In this document: piece by piece, positions 62,805 to 64,000 of the stretch
Layout: each line of letters starts with the position of its first letter
Numbering within the stretch: position 1 is the first letter of the stretch
Origin: Alphaproteobacteria bacterium
Lineage (GTDB): Bacteria > Pseudomonadota > Alphaproteobacteria > UBA828
Assembly (NCBI GenBank): GCA_965214705.1
Contig: CBDCCI010000002.1
Coordinates: 544,001 to 608,000 of the forward strand
Direction: 5' to 3'
DNA length: 64,000 nt
The notes under the pieces: generated by a model
Seen by the model: the letters and a program-made list of their open reading frames with translations, nothing else
Database searches by the model: none
What the model was told of the DNA's origin: nothing
Translations under genes and position numbers: made by a program

Positions 62805-63568
62805 ATGTCCGGGCGGGGAGCTGCCGGTCGGGCGACGGCTGAGAGGCAGCCCGACCTGTTCGACGATCGTGGCCTGACAGACGCAGGCGGCGTCATCGCG
62901 ACGGCCGCCCCGGAGGCGCCTCCTGACGCCGCCGGGCTTTCTGACGCGGCGCTGATCGGGTTGCTGCCGCAGGCGACGATGTCAAACGCAGAGGCGCTGT
63001 GTTCCGAGGTGGCGTCGCGCAGGCTGACGGCGGCAGTGCCCGCGCTGGAGAGCCTGTGGCGGCGTTTCGCCGGGTTCGGATTGCGCATGCCGCTGGTGGA
63101 GCAACGCGCAGTTCTGGACACGCTCGCGCGGCTTGAGGACGCGCGGGCCTGCTCGGTCCTGAGGGGGATCGTGCTGTCGAAGGACCTTTCTGCTTCGCTT
63201 ATGCCGGCGGCCATGCGCGCGGCGGCGGAGGCGGCGCTGTCCCTGCCCGCAGGATTCGTCGCTCCGCTTCTTGCCCACGAGGACGAGGCAGTGCGGGCTG
63301 CCTCGTATGCGCTGGCGCCGAGGGCCGGGGTTCCGGTTGAGCTGCTTCGCGAGGGGCTGAGCGATTCATCGGCCCCGGTGCGGCGTCTGGCGGCGATCGC
63401 CCTGGGCATCGCCGGGGACGCCGCAGAACGTGGCTCCCCTCGTGGCGGAACTCGCATGCGAGCCGTCGGAAAAGGTGATCGAGGCGCTGACGATGATCGG
63501 GGATGAGGACGCAATCGTTCATCTCGGGCGGTGCGCCGATAATCATCCTGCGCTCGCGGAGAGCTGAT
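62805..63568 (+). pseudogene. HEAT-repeat-like protein with a disrupted 3' end
   Basis: LLAHEDEAVRAAS and LSDSSAPVRRLAAIALG; frame shift near 63430, with KVIEALTMIGDEDAIVHLG in another frame. Confidence 0.6.
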
Positions 63569-63905
63569 CCAGCTTGCCAAGAACTTGCGCGAGGCCGACG
63601 CCCGCGGCGAAGCGTTAAGACTGAGTGAAGACGAGTTCGCCTTCTACGACGCGCTCGAGACTGGTGACAGTGCCGTGAGCGTGCTCGGTGATGACACGCT
63701 TCGCGGCATCGCTCGCGAGCTAGTGGAGACTGTGCGCGGCAACGTCACCATCGACTGGACCCTGCGCGAGAACGTCCGCGCCAATCTCCGCCGTCCGGTC
63801 AAGCGTATTCTCCGCAAACACGGCTACCCGCCCGACAAGCAGGAGAGGGCGACGCGCACCGTGCTCGAACAGGCCGAGGTCCTCTCTTCCCTTTGGGCCG
63901 CCTGA
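63563..63905 (+). pseudogene. hsdR: Type I restriction subunit HsdR, C-terminal fragment
   Basis: ELIQLAK...[12 protein letters not shown]...[11 protein letters not shown]...LRKHGYPPD; no upstream helicase domain. Confidence 0.82.
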
Positions 63906-64000
63906 GTCTTTGTACGAGGACACGTGCCAAGAGAACGACCATCCTCCGGTCTCGGTAACGCACGTGGTCCAACGCATCATTCATCGAGGGGCCGGGTCCA

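Overview
GC-rich bacterial window, probably proteobacterial, that is almost entirely nested mobile DNA plus one decaying surface-glycan locus (about 17.1-44.3 kb: GT4 glycosyltransferases, asnB-type amidotransferase, Wzx-like flippase, and a giant O-antigen-ligase-like gene carrying nine plant-type LRR modules). Elements with visible ends or target duplications: four apparently identical 2752-bp IS66 copies, a single-ORF IS66, IS4, IS1634, IS1111, and an unclassified TIR element with its 263-bp MITE. Also present: one IS21 with both ends, IS21/IS3/IS630 remnants, three copies of a tyrosine recombinase + IS91-like transposase element, two copies of a four-gene large serine recombinase element, a tandem tyrosine-recombinase element, and a group II intron nested in another. 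Best leads: (1) a serine-recombinase element whose first gene appears to gain its start codon only on excision; (2) an IS1111 whose non-coding RNA region matches the conserved YNSC motif of IS91-like transposases; (3) the LRR-filled O-antigen ligase-like protein; (4) asymmetric inverted repeats plus a terminal hairpin on the YR + IS91-like element. All family assignments come from motif recognition by eye; no database search was run.
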